Shown here piece by piece: positions 10,077 to 20,457 of a stretch of DNA of 64,000 nt. The notes under the pieces are model-generated. The model was not told where the DNA came from. It ran no database searches and saw only the letters and a list, made by a program, of their open reading frames with translations. Both the position numbers and the translations under genes were made by a program. Source of the DNA: an uncultured Nitrososphaeraceae archaeon (GTDB lineage Archaea > Thermoproteota > Nitrososphaeria > Nitrososphaerales > Nitrososphaeraceae); NCBI GenBank assembly GCA_963729045.1, contig CAVSMN010000014.1, positions 60,338-124,337 of the forward strand. The letters run 5' to 3'. Each line of letters starts with the position of its first letter. Positions within the stretch are counted from its first letter, which is position 1.

Positions 10077-11213
10077 ATGGATGATAATTTAGACTGTCCA
10101 GTGCTCCTAACGGGTAACGATCATTCGAGGTTCCTATCAAAAAGATATGGATATAAAGAGTGGATGATATCTAGATTTCTAAATTTTATTCCTTATCCTG
10201 AAAAGATGCTAGATTATATCCATAATAGTAAAAACTTGCATTATTATATAAGAGTAAATACGCTAAGAACTAATCCACAAGAACTAAAAAGGCGACTCAA
10301 TGAGAAGGGCTATCACTTAAGCGAAACAATTCTAAAAGAAGTATTTGAGATAAAGAACCCTGGGTTCGGGGGTATTCAAATTAAGGACGCTGGGATTACA
10401 ATTGATAATAAAAATAGTGATGATAACCATGACAATAAGGACGCTGTTACCATGCAAAAAGATTATGATTTGCAGTCTAGCAAAGATAGTGACCTTAGGT
10501 CCAAACAGCCTAGTATAGGTTCAACGATTGAATATTTGAAAGGATACTATTACATTCAGGATTTGAGCTCGTGCATTGCAGTAGAGGAATTAGAAATTCA
10601 TGCTGGATCCGATTTGGTTGTATTAGATATGGCTGCGGCACCTGGGGGCAAGACAACTCATATCGCTCAAAAACTAAATAATAAGGGAGCAATTTTCGCA
10701 TGCGAATTAAACTCTAACAGACTTGCACCTCTACTTTTTAACTTGTCACGTTGTTTTGTGCAAAATACAATAGTGCTTAATATTAATGCAGAAGAGATAA
10801 ACGAACTTGAATTACATTTTGATAGGGTACTGCTTGATGCTCCTTGTACCTGTGAAGGGGTTATTATGAAAGACAATTCTAGAAAGAAAAGTCGTAATTT
10901 AGTAGATTTGGAAACCTGCAGTAACAGGCAGAAAAAAATGATAGTATCTGGTTTTAATGTTTTGAAACCAAACGGACTTTTGATATATTGCACTTGTTCC
11001 TTTGCCCCAGAAGAAAATGAGATGATAATACAACATCTCCTAAACAATCACAAAAATGCAATACTCGAGCCATTAAATTATGGAATGAATGGTTTGACAA
11101 ACTTTTCAAAGTACCAATTCGACGAGAAAATGGTATTTACCAAAAGGTTCTATCCTCATATCCATTCAACCAACGGATTTTTTATAGCAAAAATAAGGAA
11201 GAAACCGAACTAA
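10077..11213 (+). CDS. RsmB/NOL1/NOP2 family RNA m5C methyltransferase
   Basis: YYIQDLSS, LDMAAAPGGKTT, LLDAPCTCEG, YCTCSFAPEENE, GFFIAKI. Confidence 0.93.
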   Translation: MDDNLDCPVLLTGNDHSRFLSKRYGYKEWMISRFLNFIPYPEKMLDYIHNSKNLHYYIRVNTLRTNPQELKRRLNEKGYHLSETILKEVFEIKNPGFGGIQIKDAGITIDNKNSDDNHDNKDAVTMQKDYDLQSSKDSDLRSKQPSIGSTIEYLKGYYYIQDLSSCIAVEELEIHAGSDLVVLDMAAAPGGKTTHIAQKLNNKGAIFACELNSNRLAPLLFNLSRCFVQNTIVLNINAEEINELELHFDRVLLDAPCTCEGVIMKDNSRKKSRNLVDLETCSNRQKKMIVSGFNVLKPNGLLIYCTCSFAPEENEMIIQHLLNNHKNAILEPLNYGMNGLTNFSKYQFDEKMVFTKRFYPHIHSTNGFFIAKIRKKPN

Positions 11214-11214
11214 A

Positions 11215-11991
11215 ATGACTTTTAGAAATTTGACTAATGTTGAAGAAACGATTTTAAAAAGATCCTTTAATAATTGGGGAATTTTTGAAATTTTTGGAAC
11301 ACTAAGAATATTAATCCGAACCTTGACTTTAGATACCGCTATTAGTGATCAAAAGACAAACATTTCAAAACATGATGCCATCCCAAACAAAATTCTGCGT
11401 AACCATTCAAGTGGTAATAGTAGTAATGCAGTTGGAAAATATAACGACAATAATCAGGGACGAATTCATGCCTTAGCATTAGGGTACTCAAATGGTATTG
11501 AATTCGCTGAGTCGGAAATAAAAATAAAGAGAACCGAAGAAGTTTTCGTTCATTCCAACGTTAAATATAACGATATGCTGTTTAAAAAATTAATTCCTAT
11601 TAGTATCGGTATGAAAATCGGTACTATTAAGAACAAGAAATTTTCTCCCGGATTAAATTTTGCCGAATTCGTAGTCAAACACAACAAAAATATGGATTAT
11701 CCTCATGTTATCATCAATACTAAGGCTGAAAATCTAATAGTTTTTGGTAGGGACATAATGGGAAGTTCAATTCTTTCGTTTTTCAAAGATATAAAAGAAA
11801 ATCAACAAGTTATAATATTAAACCATAATAAGGAGGTTATTGGATTCGGTAAATCTAGATATTCGGGGAGCTTGATTATTCAACCTAATATAATAACGAT
11901 AGATACTACTCAGGATATTGGTACATACTATCTAAAAAGTGAAAATAGACTATCTAAATCTGTTGACAAAAATATAGACCATTTACTATAA
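11215..11991 (+). CDS. NIP7-like PUA-domain ribosome biogenesis protein
   Basis: MTFRNL N-terminus; AENLIVFGRDI and DIGTYYL; directly downstream of the NOP2-family gene. Confidence 0.7.
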   Translation: MTFRNLTNVEETILKRSFNNWGIFEIFGTLRILIRTLTLDTAISDQKTNISKHDAIPNKILRNHSSGNSSNAVGKYNDNNQGRIHALALGYSNGIEFAESEIKIKRTEEVFVHSNVKYNDMLFKKLIPISIGMKIGTIKNKKFSPGLNFAEFVVKHNKNMDYPHVIINTKAENLIVFGRDIMGSSILSFFKDIKENQQVIILNHNKEVIGFGKSRYSGSLIIQPNIITIDTTQDIGTYYLKSENRLSKSVDKNIDHLL

Positions 11992-12026
11992 ATACAAACA
12001 ACAAAAAAATTATTAAATTCTATTGA

Positions 12027-13082
12027 TTATTTCCTTGCTTTTACTAGTACTAGGACTGCCACTCCTGCCATCATCGCTCCAAATATCAATATGACTTGTA
12101 AGGGAAAGCTACCCGAAGATGTAGCCACACCTTTGGGTGCTACGGATGATACAAGGAGATATTCTTTATCTCCTGATTGTTGAACTTGAGCGAATCCACC
12201 TATCTGCATTTGTCCACTTACAGGGGCTGTTAAACCATCAACTTCAACATTTACTCCATCAATATCGGCTGAAGCAGAAGTTTCCTTAACTGTGTGTGTT
12301 CCTTCTCTGAAACTGCTCTCACCCAAAGAATATATCGAAACTATCTTTGATCCTCCCTCAGTGACAGAAAACCCAAAGTTCGCTGCACCTGCTTGAGCAC
12401 CAGTTGCGTCAAACAAAAAGTGCCAGTTATTCATTGTCACCCCAAAATCTGCAAAATCTAAAATAGGGGTTTCAAATGCAGGAGATAGAGTTGTATTTTG
12501 AATTTTAGTAGCTACCTCTGGAGCTAGTTTTTCCAAACCTCCTATAGGATGATTAATGTCAATCTGACCATATTCTTCAGTATTTACTATCAATGGCTCT
12601 TCTAATGCAATACTTCTCCAATCTACATCCAAAATAGATGAAGTAGATCCGTTTGATCCAGTTACAAGATTAGTAATAATTGGATGCAATTCCACCTGGT
12701 ACGAAACAGTTGAAGTTGTGGGTCCTCCATTTAGGGTTGCTTTATAATCTAGTGTGGCGTTTTCAAATTTTACCAAACTTTGTTTTTGAGAAAGTAATTG
12801 ATTGTTTATTTTATCCAAAATCTCAGATACACCATTACCACTATCTGAAGAATTCAATGAAAATGAGATTGATGTTTTATTTCCATCTAAGATTTGTGAC
12901 ATAGTGCTATTAGCGGGATACTTTAAAGTAAGAATTCTATCACCTGTAAAGGAAGCGTCCGCCGTATTTAATGCAGGTGAGACTCCTGATTCCATTTGTA
13001 TAGCAAAGCTTTGATTAATAATCCCGCTAAAAAAAACAACAGCCAATAATACTATTACATAATCTAAAGACCTTAATTTCAA
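12027..13082 (-). CDS. Secreted, C-terminally membrane-anchored hypothetical protein
   Basis: N-terminal signal peptide; C-terminal TM helix with basic tail (VLVKARK). Confidence 0.75.
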   Translation of the reverse strand: MKLRSLDYVIVLLAVVFFSGIINQSFAIQMESGVSPALNTADASFTGDRILTLKYPANSTMSQILDGNKTSISFSLNSSDSGNGVSEILDKINNQLLSQKQSLVKFENATLDYKATLNGGPTTSTVSYQVELHPIITNLVTGSNGSTSSILDVDWRSIALEEPLIVNTEEYGQIDINHPIGGLEKLAPEVATKIQNTTLSPAFETPILDFADFGVTMNNWHFLFDATGAQAGAANFGFSVTEGGSKIVSIYSLGESSFREGTHTVKETSASADIDGVNVEVDGLTAPVSGQMQIGGFAQVQQSGDKEYLLVSSVAPKGVATSSGSFPLQVILIFGAMMAGVAVLVLVKARK

Positions 13083-13269
13083 TATTTTTGAATTCCATTT
13101 TCCTTGTTTATAAGCTTATTGAAATATCTTTACTTGAGGTGAATTCAAATTGAATACTGCATATTTAGAATTAAAAATTATATTTTATCTAGTCTAAAAG
13201 TAAAAAAATCATAACATAACAAACAGAAAAAAACAAAGAATAAAAAAAGAAAAAAATAGAACTGTAATA

Positions 13270-14196
13270 TTGATTACCATTTTAGCTGGGGGAACCGGTT
13301 CTGTTAAATTAGTTAGAGGAATGTATAAGGAATCAGAAAACATTACAATTATTTCAAATGTCGCAGATAACTTTTGGCATTATGGGCTCTACATTTGTCC
13401 CGATATCGATACGATCATCTATGGACTCAGTAATAATTTGGACAAAAAGAAGGGCTGGGGGGTAAAAAGAGATTCATTTAATTTCTTAAAATATATGAAT
13501 ACTCTTGGAACTGAAACATGGTTTAACCTCGGAGATAAAGATTTGACAACCCATGTTTTGAGAACGCAGCTATTAAAAGAGGGGCGGAGTTTAACTGAAA
13601 TCACCAAATTCTTTACTGACAAATATGGTCTATCACTACTAGTAGCTCCTGCCTCTGATACTCATTATGAATCAAACATGGTGGTTGAAGGCAACAAACG
13701 AATTCATTTACAAGAATACTGGATAAAATACAAAGGTTCGGTGCCGGTGCATGACATTATTTACAATAACATTGAAAAAGCCAGGGTTACTTTACAAGCT
13801 CAAAAAACACTTGAAGAATCAAGATTAATCTTATTTGCTCCCGGAAATCCGATCACCAGCATTGGGCCAATAATAAGCATACCTGGTATGAAAAACCTTT
13901 TGAAGAAGTTAAAAAATAAAATTGTTATGATTTCTCCCCTTATCTCTAATAGAGCAGTCAGTGGCCCATGTGAAATTTATATGAAGGCGAAGAATATCTC
14001 TCCTAATTTGAGGGGGTTAATTGACTTTTATTCAGAAATTGCTAATACAATGATCTTCGATAAACTTGATGAATCTGAAATTGAAAATAAACTAAAAAAC
14101 GATTATCCTGAAATAAACTTTTGTTATTCTGACATCCTTATGACGAATTTAAGAAAAGAAACATCACTGGCGCGGTATATAATTTCTAATTTTTAA
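13270..14196 (+). CDS. cofD: 2-phospho-L-lactate transferase (F420 biosynthesis)
   Basis: LAGGTG, GLYICPDIDT, WFNLGDKDL, HLQEYW, PGNPITSIGPI. Confidence 0.95.
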   Translation: MITILAGGTGSVKLVRGMYKESENITIISNVADNFWHYGLYICPDIDTIIYGLSNNLDKKKGWGVKRDSFNFLKYMNTLGTETWFNLGDKDLTTHVLRTQLLKEGRSLTEITKFFTDKYGLSLLVAPASDTHYESNMVVEGNKRIHLQEYWIKYKGSVPVHDIIYNNIEKARVTLQAQKTLEESRLILFAPGNPITSIGPIISIPGMKNLLKKLKNKIVMISPLISNRAVSGPCEIYMKAKNISPNLRGLIDFYSEIANTMIFDKLDESEIENKLKNDYPEINFCYSDILMTNLRKETSLARYIISNF

Positions 14197-14216
14197 GAAT
14201 AGACTAGGGTTATTTT

Positions 14217-14942
14217 TTGAGCAACACAAGAACTGCAATAATTATTCCGATAAAAAGATTTGAAAAGAGTAAGACACGGTTGAGCGGATTTCTTAGCCAA
14301 GAACAAAGAGCCTGGCTTTGTAATCTTATGGTAAATGATTTGATTGAAAAAATGTCCGAGTTAGAAGAATGTAATATGATTTTGGTTACAAATGAAATTA
14401 TTAAGATACCGGCGAAATCAAGAGAAAAAGCAGTAGTGTTATCTGAAGGTCGGAGCAACGGAGTAAATGATGCTGTTAAAATTGCAGATTATTATATAAA
14501 GAAAAACAAATTTGATAGCTCGATTGTGATCCCAATAGATATACCACTGCTAACGCTAAAAGAAATAAGAGAGATCATTTCTTTCGCACATGACTTTAAA
14601 GAAATTATTAGTATGGTTCCTTCAAATAGATTCGATGGAACCAACATATTGTTGAGAAAACCGCATTCGATAATAGATACGAGCTTTGATAATAACAGTT
14701 TTTTCAACCATTTTAGAAAAGCTCTAGATAATGGAGTCTCGCTGAAAATATTTTACCACGAGAATTTGAAGCTGGATATAGATACTATCGATGATGTGAT
14801 GCTGGCTTTGAAAAAATATCATCTAGCTAAATCTACTATCGAAATGAGAGCCTCAGAACAAAAAGAAGTGCACAAGGATGAAAATAAATCGATAGAATAT
14901 CTATTGAAAGTATTTCAGAACAGGGATGAACTTGGTTATTAA
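14217..14942 (+). CDS. cofC: 2-phospho-L-lactate guanylyltransferase (F420 biosynthesis)
   Basis: IIPIKRFEKSKTRLS, DIPLL, DGTN, LDIDT; adjacent to cofD. Confidence 0.92.
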   Translation: MSNTRTAIIIPIKRFEKSKTRLSGFLSQEQRAWLCNLMVNDLIEKMSELEECNMILVTNEIIKIPAKSREKAVVLSEGRSNGVNDAVKIADYYIKKNKFDSSIVIPIDIPLLTLKEIREIISFAHDFKEIISMVPSNRFDGTNILLRKPHSIIDTSFDNNSFFNHFRKALDNGVSLKIFYHENLKLDIDTIDDVMLALKKYHLAKSTIEMRASEQKEVHKDENKSIEYLLKVFQNRDELGY

Positions 14943-15063
14943 GTACTATGGGTTTCAATTTAGCACTTTGTAATATTGTGCTTTAAGAAAAATGTAAGTA
15001 GTTAGACAGGAAAAATTCTTTCATTCAAGATATTTATTGGTAGTATAACAATAATTAACGTAC

Positions 15064-15444
15064 TTGCTACATAATATCATTGCTATCATAGCCATTTCAT
15101 TCATAGTAGTTGGTGGTTTATGGGGCATTGGTAATTTATTAAATACTCCTCAGGAAAAAAATATTCAAAAGTCAAATGATTCAATTCTATTAATAGCTCA
15201 AAATAATGCCTTTAACCAGACCAATCCAACTTTATATGTGAATGCAAGTCAACCTACTAGACTAATAATTCTTAATAAAGACTTTGTGAAACATGATTTC
15301 ATTTCTGAGGAACTAGGCATCAATACCGCCTACTTGACAACTGAGCAAGATTTTATAACAGGAATTGCAAGTAATAAAACAGGCAACTACACATATTATT
15401 GCTCTTTTCATCCCGAAATGAAGGGAGAAATTGTTGTAAGATGA
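15064..15444 (+). CDS. Membrane-anchored cupredoxin (blue copper) domain protein
   Basis: KHDF...GNYTYYCSFHPEMKG provides H, C, H, M type-1 Cu ligands; N-terminal TM. Confidence 0.85.
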   Translation: MLHNIIAIIAISFIVVGGLWGIGNLLNTPQEKNIQKSNDSILLIAQNNAFNQTNPTLYVNASQPTRLIILNKDFVKHDFISEELGINTAYLTTEQDFITGIASNKTGNYTYYCSFHPEMKGEIVVR

Positions 15445-15570
15445 TCAAAAATATGATATAACATAAAATCACAAATATATTCAAAGAACGATTTTCACTT
15501 AACCCTGTTTTAAACTCGATAAAGTGAATTTTCTGTTAAAATATTATTAAATAACTGTTTATCTTTTTAC

Positions 15571-16140
15571 TTGCTAAGCGATTACTACATGTACAGCCCT
15601 TCAGAGGATACTTATTTTATGGAGGATATTCTCTCAAATTATAGAGGTAAAATTGCCCTTGAGGTCGGTATCGGATCTGGATACTTAACCAGATTATTAT
15701 GTACAAACTTTGAGTTTGTTGTAGGAACTGATATTGATGTTAATTCTATCTTGTATGCCAAAAATAATACTCTGGCAAATATTGGGAACAAACTGTTGGT
15801 TTGCTCTGATTTGAGTCTACCATTAAAATGTAAATTTGATTTGATTATTAGCAATCCACCGTATTTACCAACGGATTTCGGTAATCTTGATGATACTACC
15901 GTTTATGGAGGAAAAAAAGGTATCGAATTGACTATTCGATTATTGAGATCAGTTCAATTGCAACTTAGCGAAAGGGGGAAAATTGTGATAATGAGATCAA
16001 CCTTATCTGATCTCAAAAAAATGGATGATTTCATTAATAAATTGTTTTCAAACACCAAAATAATCGCAAAAAAAACGTTCTTTTTTGAATCTTTAGAAAT
16101 ATTGGAACTCTCTGGCGTAAGATATAGTTCTGTGATTTGA
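15571..16140 (+). CDS. HemK2/PrmC-like methyltransferase
   Basis: YSPSEDT, LEVGIGSG, SNPPYL, GGKKG. Confidence 0.85.
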   Translation: MLSDYYMYSPSEDTYFMEDILSNYRGKIALEVGIGSGYLTRLLCTNFEFVVGTDIDVNSILYAKNNTLANIGNKLLVCSDLSLPLKCKFDLIISNPPYLPTDFGNLDDTTVYGGKKGIELTIRLLRSVQLQLSERGKIVIMRSTLSDLKKMDDFINKLFSNTKIIAKKTFFFESLEILELSGVRYSSVI

Positions 16141-16243
16141 TTATCTCAAGTAAAAAGAAAAGATATATGATCAAAACTAGGACAATAAAAGGAAAAACGC
16201 AAACACAAAAGGGATCAGTTGATTTTAGTAATAGATTTTGTGA

Positions 16244-17269
16244 TTACTTTTTGATTAATGCTGCTGACCTTTGAGCAATTGCCTCTGCCATTTTTGATAA
16301 TGACGATGATCCACCCAGATCGTATGTCAAAAACTTTCCCTCATCAATCGTTTGTTCAGTGGCTTTGAAAATTGCTTCTGAAATATGCTTCTCTCCCAAG
16401 TATTCGACCATCCAAGCACCTGACAATATGGTTGCCACTGGATTTACCTTGTCTTGCCTAGCATGCTTTGGAGCGCTCCCATGAGCAGGTTCAAACATTG
16501 CATATGTATCACCATAATTTCCAGAATAAACATTGCCAATGGACCCTACATGTCCTGATGCACATTCAGAGATTATATCCATAAATAAATTTGTACTAAG
16601 TAGTAAACTATTGTTGAATCTTTCTGGATTCTTGACTAGTTGTTGAGTCATGTTATCGATATAATATTCTTCGACTTCGATGTCTGGATATGTTTTGTTT
16701 GTTTCCACTACTGCATTCCAAAAAATCCCGTCGGTTTCCTTCAAAATATTTCGTTTAGTTATTGCAAATATTTTTTTAAATCCTTTTTCTTTAGCTAGTT
16801 CAAAGCCCTTTTTGACTACCCTCCTGCAACCCTTTCCAGTGGTTTTTCTAATTGCTATGGCCGAATCATCACTTGTCTTAAACTCAATACCTGCATACAG
16901 CCCTTCTGTTGATTCTCTTACACAAATAAAATTTAGCTGTAATTTCGAAATCTTGTATGTTTTGATCGGGCGGATGTTTGCGTAAAGTTGAAATTTTTGT
17001 CTTATGCTTACGGCAACACTTCTAGGTGCATCGGGATTTGGGACTGTAGTGGTAGGACCTTTAAAACAAGCATCAGATGATTTTAGAGTGTCCCATACCT
17101 CATTTGAGATATAAGAATTACCCCCATTTTTTTCCCACCATTCAGAGCCAGCGTCACATGGTATTAATTCAACGTCAGTATTACATGATTTTAAAACTTT
17201 AATCATCGCATTAACTAATTCAGGACCAGTACCGTCACCATTTATTACAGCAGCTTTTTTATTGCTCAA
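16244..17269 (-). CDS. Isocitrate/isopropylmalate/homoisocitrate dehydrogenase family protein
   Basis: GDGTGPE, YANIRP, RESTEGLY, FEPAHGSAP, TYDLGG; substrate not resolvable. Confidence 0.92.
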   Translation of the reverse strand: MSNKKAAVINGDGTGPELVNAMIKVLKSCNTDVELIPCDAGSEWWEKNGGNSYISNEVWDTLKSSDACFKGPTTTVPNPDAPRSVAVSIRQKFQLYANIRPIKTYKISKLQLNFICVRESTEGLYAGIEFKTSDDSAIAIRKTTGKGCRRVVKKGFELAKEKGFKKIFAITKRNILKETDGIFWNAVVETNKTYPDIEVEEYYIDNMTQQLVKNPERFNNSLLLSTNLFMDIISECASGHVGSIGNVYSGNYGDTYAMFEPAHGSAPKHARQDKVNPVATILSGAWMVEYLGEKHISEAIFKATEQTIDEGKFLTYDLGGSSSLSKMAEAIAQRSAALIKK

Positions 17270-17314
17270 ATGAACTCAAAAAATGTTTGACTATATTCAT
17301 ATTTATTTTTTCAG

Positions 17315-17890
17315 TTACTTTGGGATAAAATCAATCCTCCCAAAAAAAGCATTGGAAAATGGTGGGAACTCGGTATTATTTACAATTTTAGTAAACTCTC
17401 CTTTGTCTGAATAATACGAATATTGGATGTCATAATCGGCAAGTTCTAGAGTGCTATTTACATATTTGCCAGTTGAATTATCTACCAAATTTACAGTTTT
17501 ATTATCATATGAATAGATTTTCATCAAGTCGGGTAAGGACAAATGAACCGGTCTGATATATTGAACATGAAGAGTATCACCTATCGAATCAGTATGAATT
17601 GGTTTTAAACATTCCTTCCCTTCTACGAGTTGCCTGCCTACGTTATCAGGAAACAAATATTGTTTATTGTCTACAAACAATTGGACCCTTGGATAAACAT
17701 TGTAACTATCCAATGAATGTGCTTTGAGGCAGACGCTCAATATTTCTGGAGGGGGAACAATCTGTGTAAATACAAGTCCAAATAATACAGCTACCCCTAT
17801 GATTATCGGAGGCAAAAGTAAATCCTTTTTACCCATTTTTTGGAAAAAATTCTTTCGTGGGGTCCCCTCTTTTAACTTTCTCTTGGGCAC
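17315..17890 (-). CDS. Hypothetical membrane protein
   Basis: Basic N-terminus and one TM helix; CLKPIHTD motif. Confidence 0.7.
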   Translation of the reverse strand: MPKRKLKEGTPRKNFFQKMGKKDLLLPPIIIGVAVLFGLVFTQIVPPPEILSVCLKAHSLDSYNVYPRVQLFVDNKQYLFPDNVGRQLVEGKECLKPIHTDSIGDTLHVQYIRPVHLSLPDLMKIYSYDNKTVNLVDNSTGKYVNSTLELADYDIQYSYYSDKGEFTKIVNNTEFPPFSNAFFGRIDFIPK

Positions 17891-18010
17891 AAATTCAGTA
17901 TTCTTCTAACAATATAAATTCTTTAGAAATGATGACATAATATAATACCTTTTATCTTTATGATAAAAAATAAAAAAAATAAATGTAAACTAGTTTTTTA
18001 ATAATAGTAG

Positions 18011-18424
18011 TTGTTGGACGTACATATTGATGGTGCAAGTAGAGGAAACCCTGGATTATCTGCAATAGGCATCATGATAAAAAATGACGACAAAATAATA
18101 AAAGAACACTGTGAATTTATAGGTATCCGGACCAATAATCAAGCAGAATATGAAGCATTACGGCGAGCACTTGAAATCTGTACAGACATGGATGGTGAAG
18201 TAAATATTCTATCAGATAGTGAATTATTAATAAATCAGAGAAACTTAAAGTACAGAATACGAAGTCAGGAACTAAAAATAATTTCCAGAGAAATTTCAAA
18301 TCTAGAAAAAAACTATGATAAGATTACTTACAAGCATATTCCTAGAACTAAAAATAGTCGTGCGGATTATCTTGCAAACAAAGCTCTTGATAAATACGTT
18401 GGTGCAAACTCAAAGAAGGCATGA
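18011..18424 (+). CDS. rnhA: Ribonuclease HI
   Basis: IDGASRGNPG, TNNQAEYEAL, SDSELL, HIPRTKNSRADYLAN. Confidence 0.93.
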   Translation: MLDVHIDGASRGNPGLSAIGIMIKNDDKIIKEHCEFIGIRTNNQAEYEALRRALEICTDMDGEVNILSDSELLINQRNLKYRIRSQELKIISREISNLEKNYDKITYKHIPRTKNSRADYLANKALDKYVGANSKKA

Positions 18425-18559
18425 CCATTATTAATCAAAAATTTGTCGCAGGTTATGAAACCAGTATTTGTAAATACTTTAACGTATGAACGTAACTAAT
18501 GCATAGTACACTTTAGAATCGAAAAATCAAATAATCGGTAGATAATATACAGATGCGTA

Positions 18560-18625
18560 GGCGGCTATGAGGAATCAGAGTTATCACGTATACAATATGA
18601 AGAGAAGGCATTTGACTGAGCCGCC
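18560..18625 (+). ncRNA. C/D-box guide sRNA (likely targets 23S rRNA H69-H71)
   Basis: Terminal stem GGCGGC/GCCGCC; C box ATGAGGA (18567), degenerate D' CGTA, C' ATGAAGA, D box CTGA (18616); two 12-13 nt guides. Confidence 0.8.
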
Positions 18626-18639
18626 AAAACATTTGGTAT

Positions 18640-19761
18640 TTAAAGAGCATTTATTTTCTTTACGATTGTAAGGACATCTTCATCAATAATTTTGTGTTCT
18701 AAGCCTACCTTTTGACCTCCAAATTTTACGCTTTTGCCCCATACCTGAGCGAACTTAAAGTCTCTGACCATGTTTCTGTGAATCTTGTTACAAATATTCT
18801 GGACAGTACTATTCCGAGGCATAATTAGAGGCTCTTCCAAATCGGCATCTTGTCCCTTGGGTTTCATATATATTCGAACAAAGTCTAATTTATTGTAGAT
18901 TTCCCGTTTAAGAAGTTCTATGTTCTTGTTTGTGTCTGCCGACACAGCTGTATATGGAATTTTAAGTTTAGAAGTTGCCATCTTGAGATATTCTGTATCA
19001 ACCAAATCTATTTTATTTATAACTGCTAACGAAGGGATGTAAACCCGATTCCCGGATAAAACATCTATTAACTGGTCAATCGTAAGACCTCTTTCTCGTA
19101 TGGTGATACGACCGTTGTGGATCCCGTTTATTCGCATCACATTTCTGATAAAATTTTCATCAGCTTGTATTGGAACCTGAATATTTACCGAAATACCTCC
19201 AGTAGCAGTCTTTTCTACAATAATATCAGGAGGCTTTTCATCAACCTTGACTCCTATTTCCGATAGTTCCTTTTTTAAGACCTCAAGATGATTGATCTGG
19301 AATACATCTAGGACAATCAAAACTAAATCTGCATTTCTGGCAACAGATAATACTCTTTTTCCCAAACCTTTGCCCGCAGCAGCACCTTCAATTATACCTG
19401 GTAAATCCAAAATCTGGATCCGTGCACCATTGTAGTCTAACATACCTGGCACAGCAGTTAATGTAGTAAATGAGTATGCTGCTGTTTTAGATTTTGCGTT
19501 TGTTAATGCATTTAATAAAGTCGATTTCCCTACACTGGGAAATCCTATCAAGACGACAGTGCCATCGCCGGCTTTTCTAACGTCAAAGCCCGCACTGCCT
19601 CCTCCAGTAGCGACGGTCTTTCCATGGGTATTTTCCTCTTGTTCTTTCTTTAACTTTGCTATCTTGGCCTTTAGAATGCCTACGTGGAACTCAGTCGCTT
19701 TGTTTATCTGAGTTTTGTGTATCTCATCTTGAATGGCCTGGATTTTCTCTGGTATTCCCAT
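18640..19761 (-). CDS. DRG-family GTPase with TGS domain
   Basis: GFPSVGKST, YSFTTLT, LDLPGIIEGA, NKID, WGKSVKFGGQKVG. Confidence 0.95.
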   Translation of the reverse strand: MGIPEKIQAIQDEIHKTQINKATEFHVGILKAKIAKLKKEQEENTHGKTVATGGGSAGFDVRKAGDGTVVLIGFPSVGKSTLLNALTNAKSKTAAYSFTTLTAVPGMLDYNGARIQILDLPGIIEGAAAGKGLGKRVLSVARNADLVLIVLDVFQINHLEVLKKELSEIGVKVDEKPPDIIVEKTATGGISVNIQVPIQADENFIRNVMRINGIHNGRITIRERGLTIDQLIDVLSGNRVYIPSLAVINKIDLVDTEYLKMATSKLKIPYTAVSADTNKNIELLKREIYNKLDFVRIYMKPKGQDADLEEPLIMPRNSTVQNICNKIHRNMVRDFKFAQVWGKSVKFGGQKVGLEHKIIDEDVLTIVKKINAL

Positions 19762-19831
19762 TGGTTTTAATATTAGTCTATAAAAATAACAATAAAAATT
19801 TTGTTAATAGTGTCTTAGTTGTCCCCCTTAG

Positions 19832-20287
19832 TTATTTCAATACCATAAAAAATTTCAGACCGTATACTACTGCAACGGTGGTAATGAATCCTAGCATTCC
19901 TAACCATGGCAATGCCGGAATTTTGGGGGTTTTTATTTTTATTTGATGATCTTCTACAATATTTGTGATGTAATCCTTGACAATTGAATGCCATAATTGA
20001 TATTCGATACGGTGTTTTTTTAAGATGGTCTCAATTTCATATACCACAGGAACTCTTACTGATTTTATATGCTGTAAATAATTTCTAGAGATTTCGACCT
20101 CCGCATGGATTCCAATCAAACCTTGATTAAAATCTAGGAGTCTTACATGCATTTCCCATGGTTTTTTTAGTTTTTTTGAGAACCCACTACCAATTTGAGT
20201 AGGCTTTTTATGTTCAAATTTTACCATTTTAAACCCTTCAGAAACTAATGTATTGACAATTTCATCTTTTCTTATTTTAACCATCAA
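19832..20287 (-). CDS. Hypothetical protein with C-terminal TM helix
   Basis: Clean ORF; PWEMHVR and HAEVEISRNYLQH motifs. Confidence 0.7.
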   Translation of the reverse strand: MMVKIRKDEIVNTLVSEGFKMVKFEHKKPTQIGSGFSKKLKKPWEMHVRLLDFNQGLIGIHAEVEISRNYLQHIKSVRVPVVYEIETILKKHRIEYQLWHSIVKDYITNIVEDHQIKIKTPKIPALPWLGMLGFITTVAVVYGLKFFMVLK

Positions 20288-20457
20288 AAATAAATAATCT
20301 CAGCTCGACCTCTTCTCTTTTAATAAGGTTCTGAATCCCTTGTAGAAGATTCATTCTTCTAGGATATAATGTAGAAAATTCAGCCATGAACAGTTTTCTC
20401 CAATTACAATTGATATAATATTGTTTGACTATTTATAATTTAAAAAATTAAAACTTT

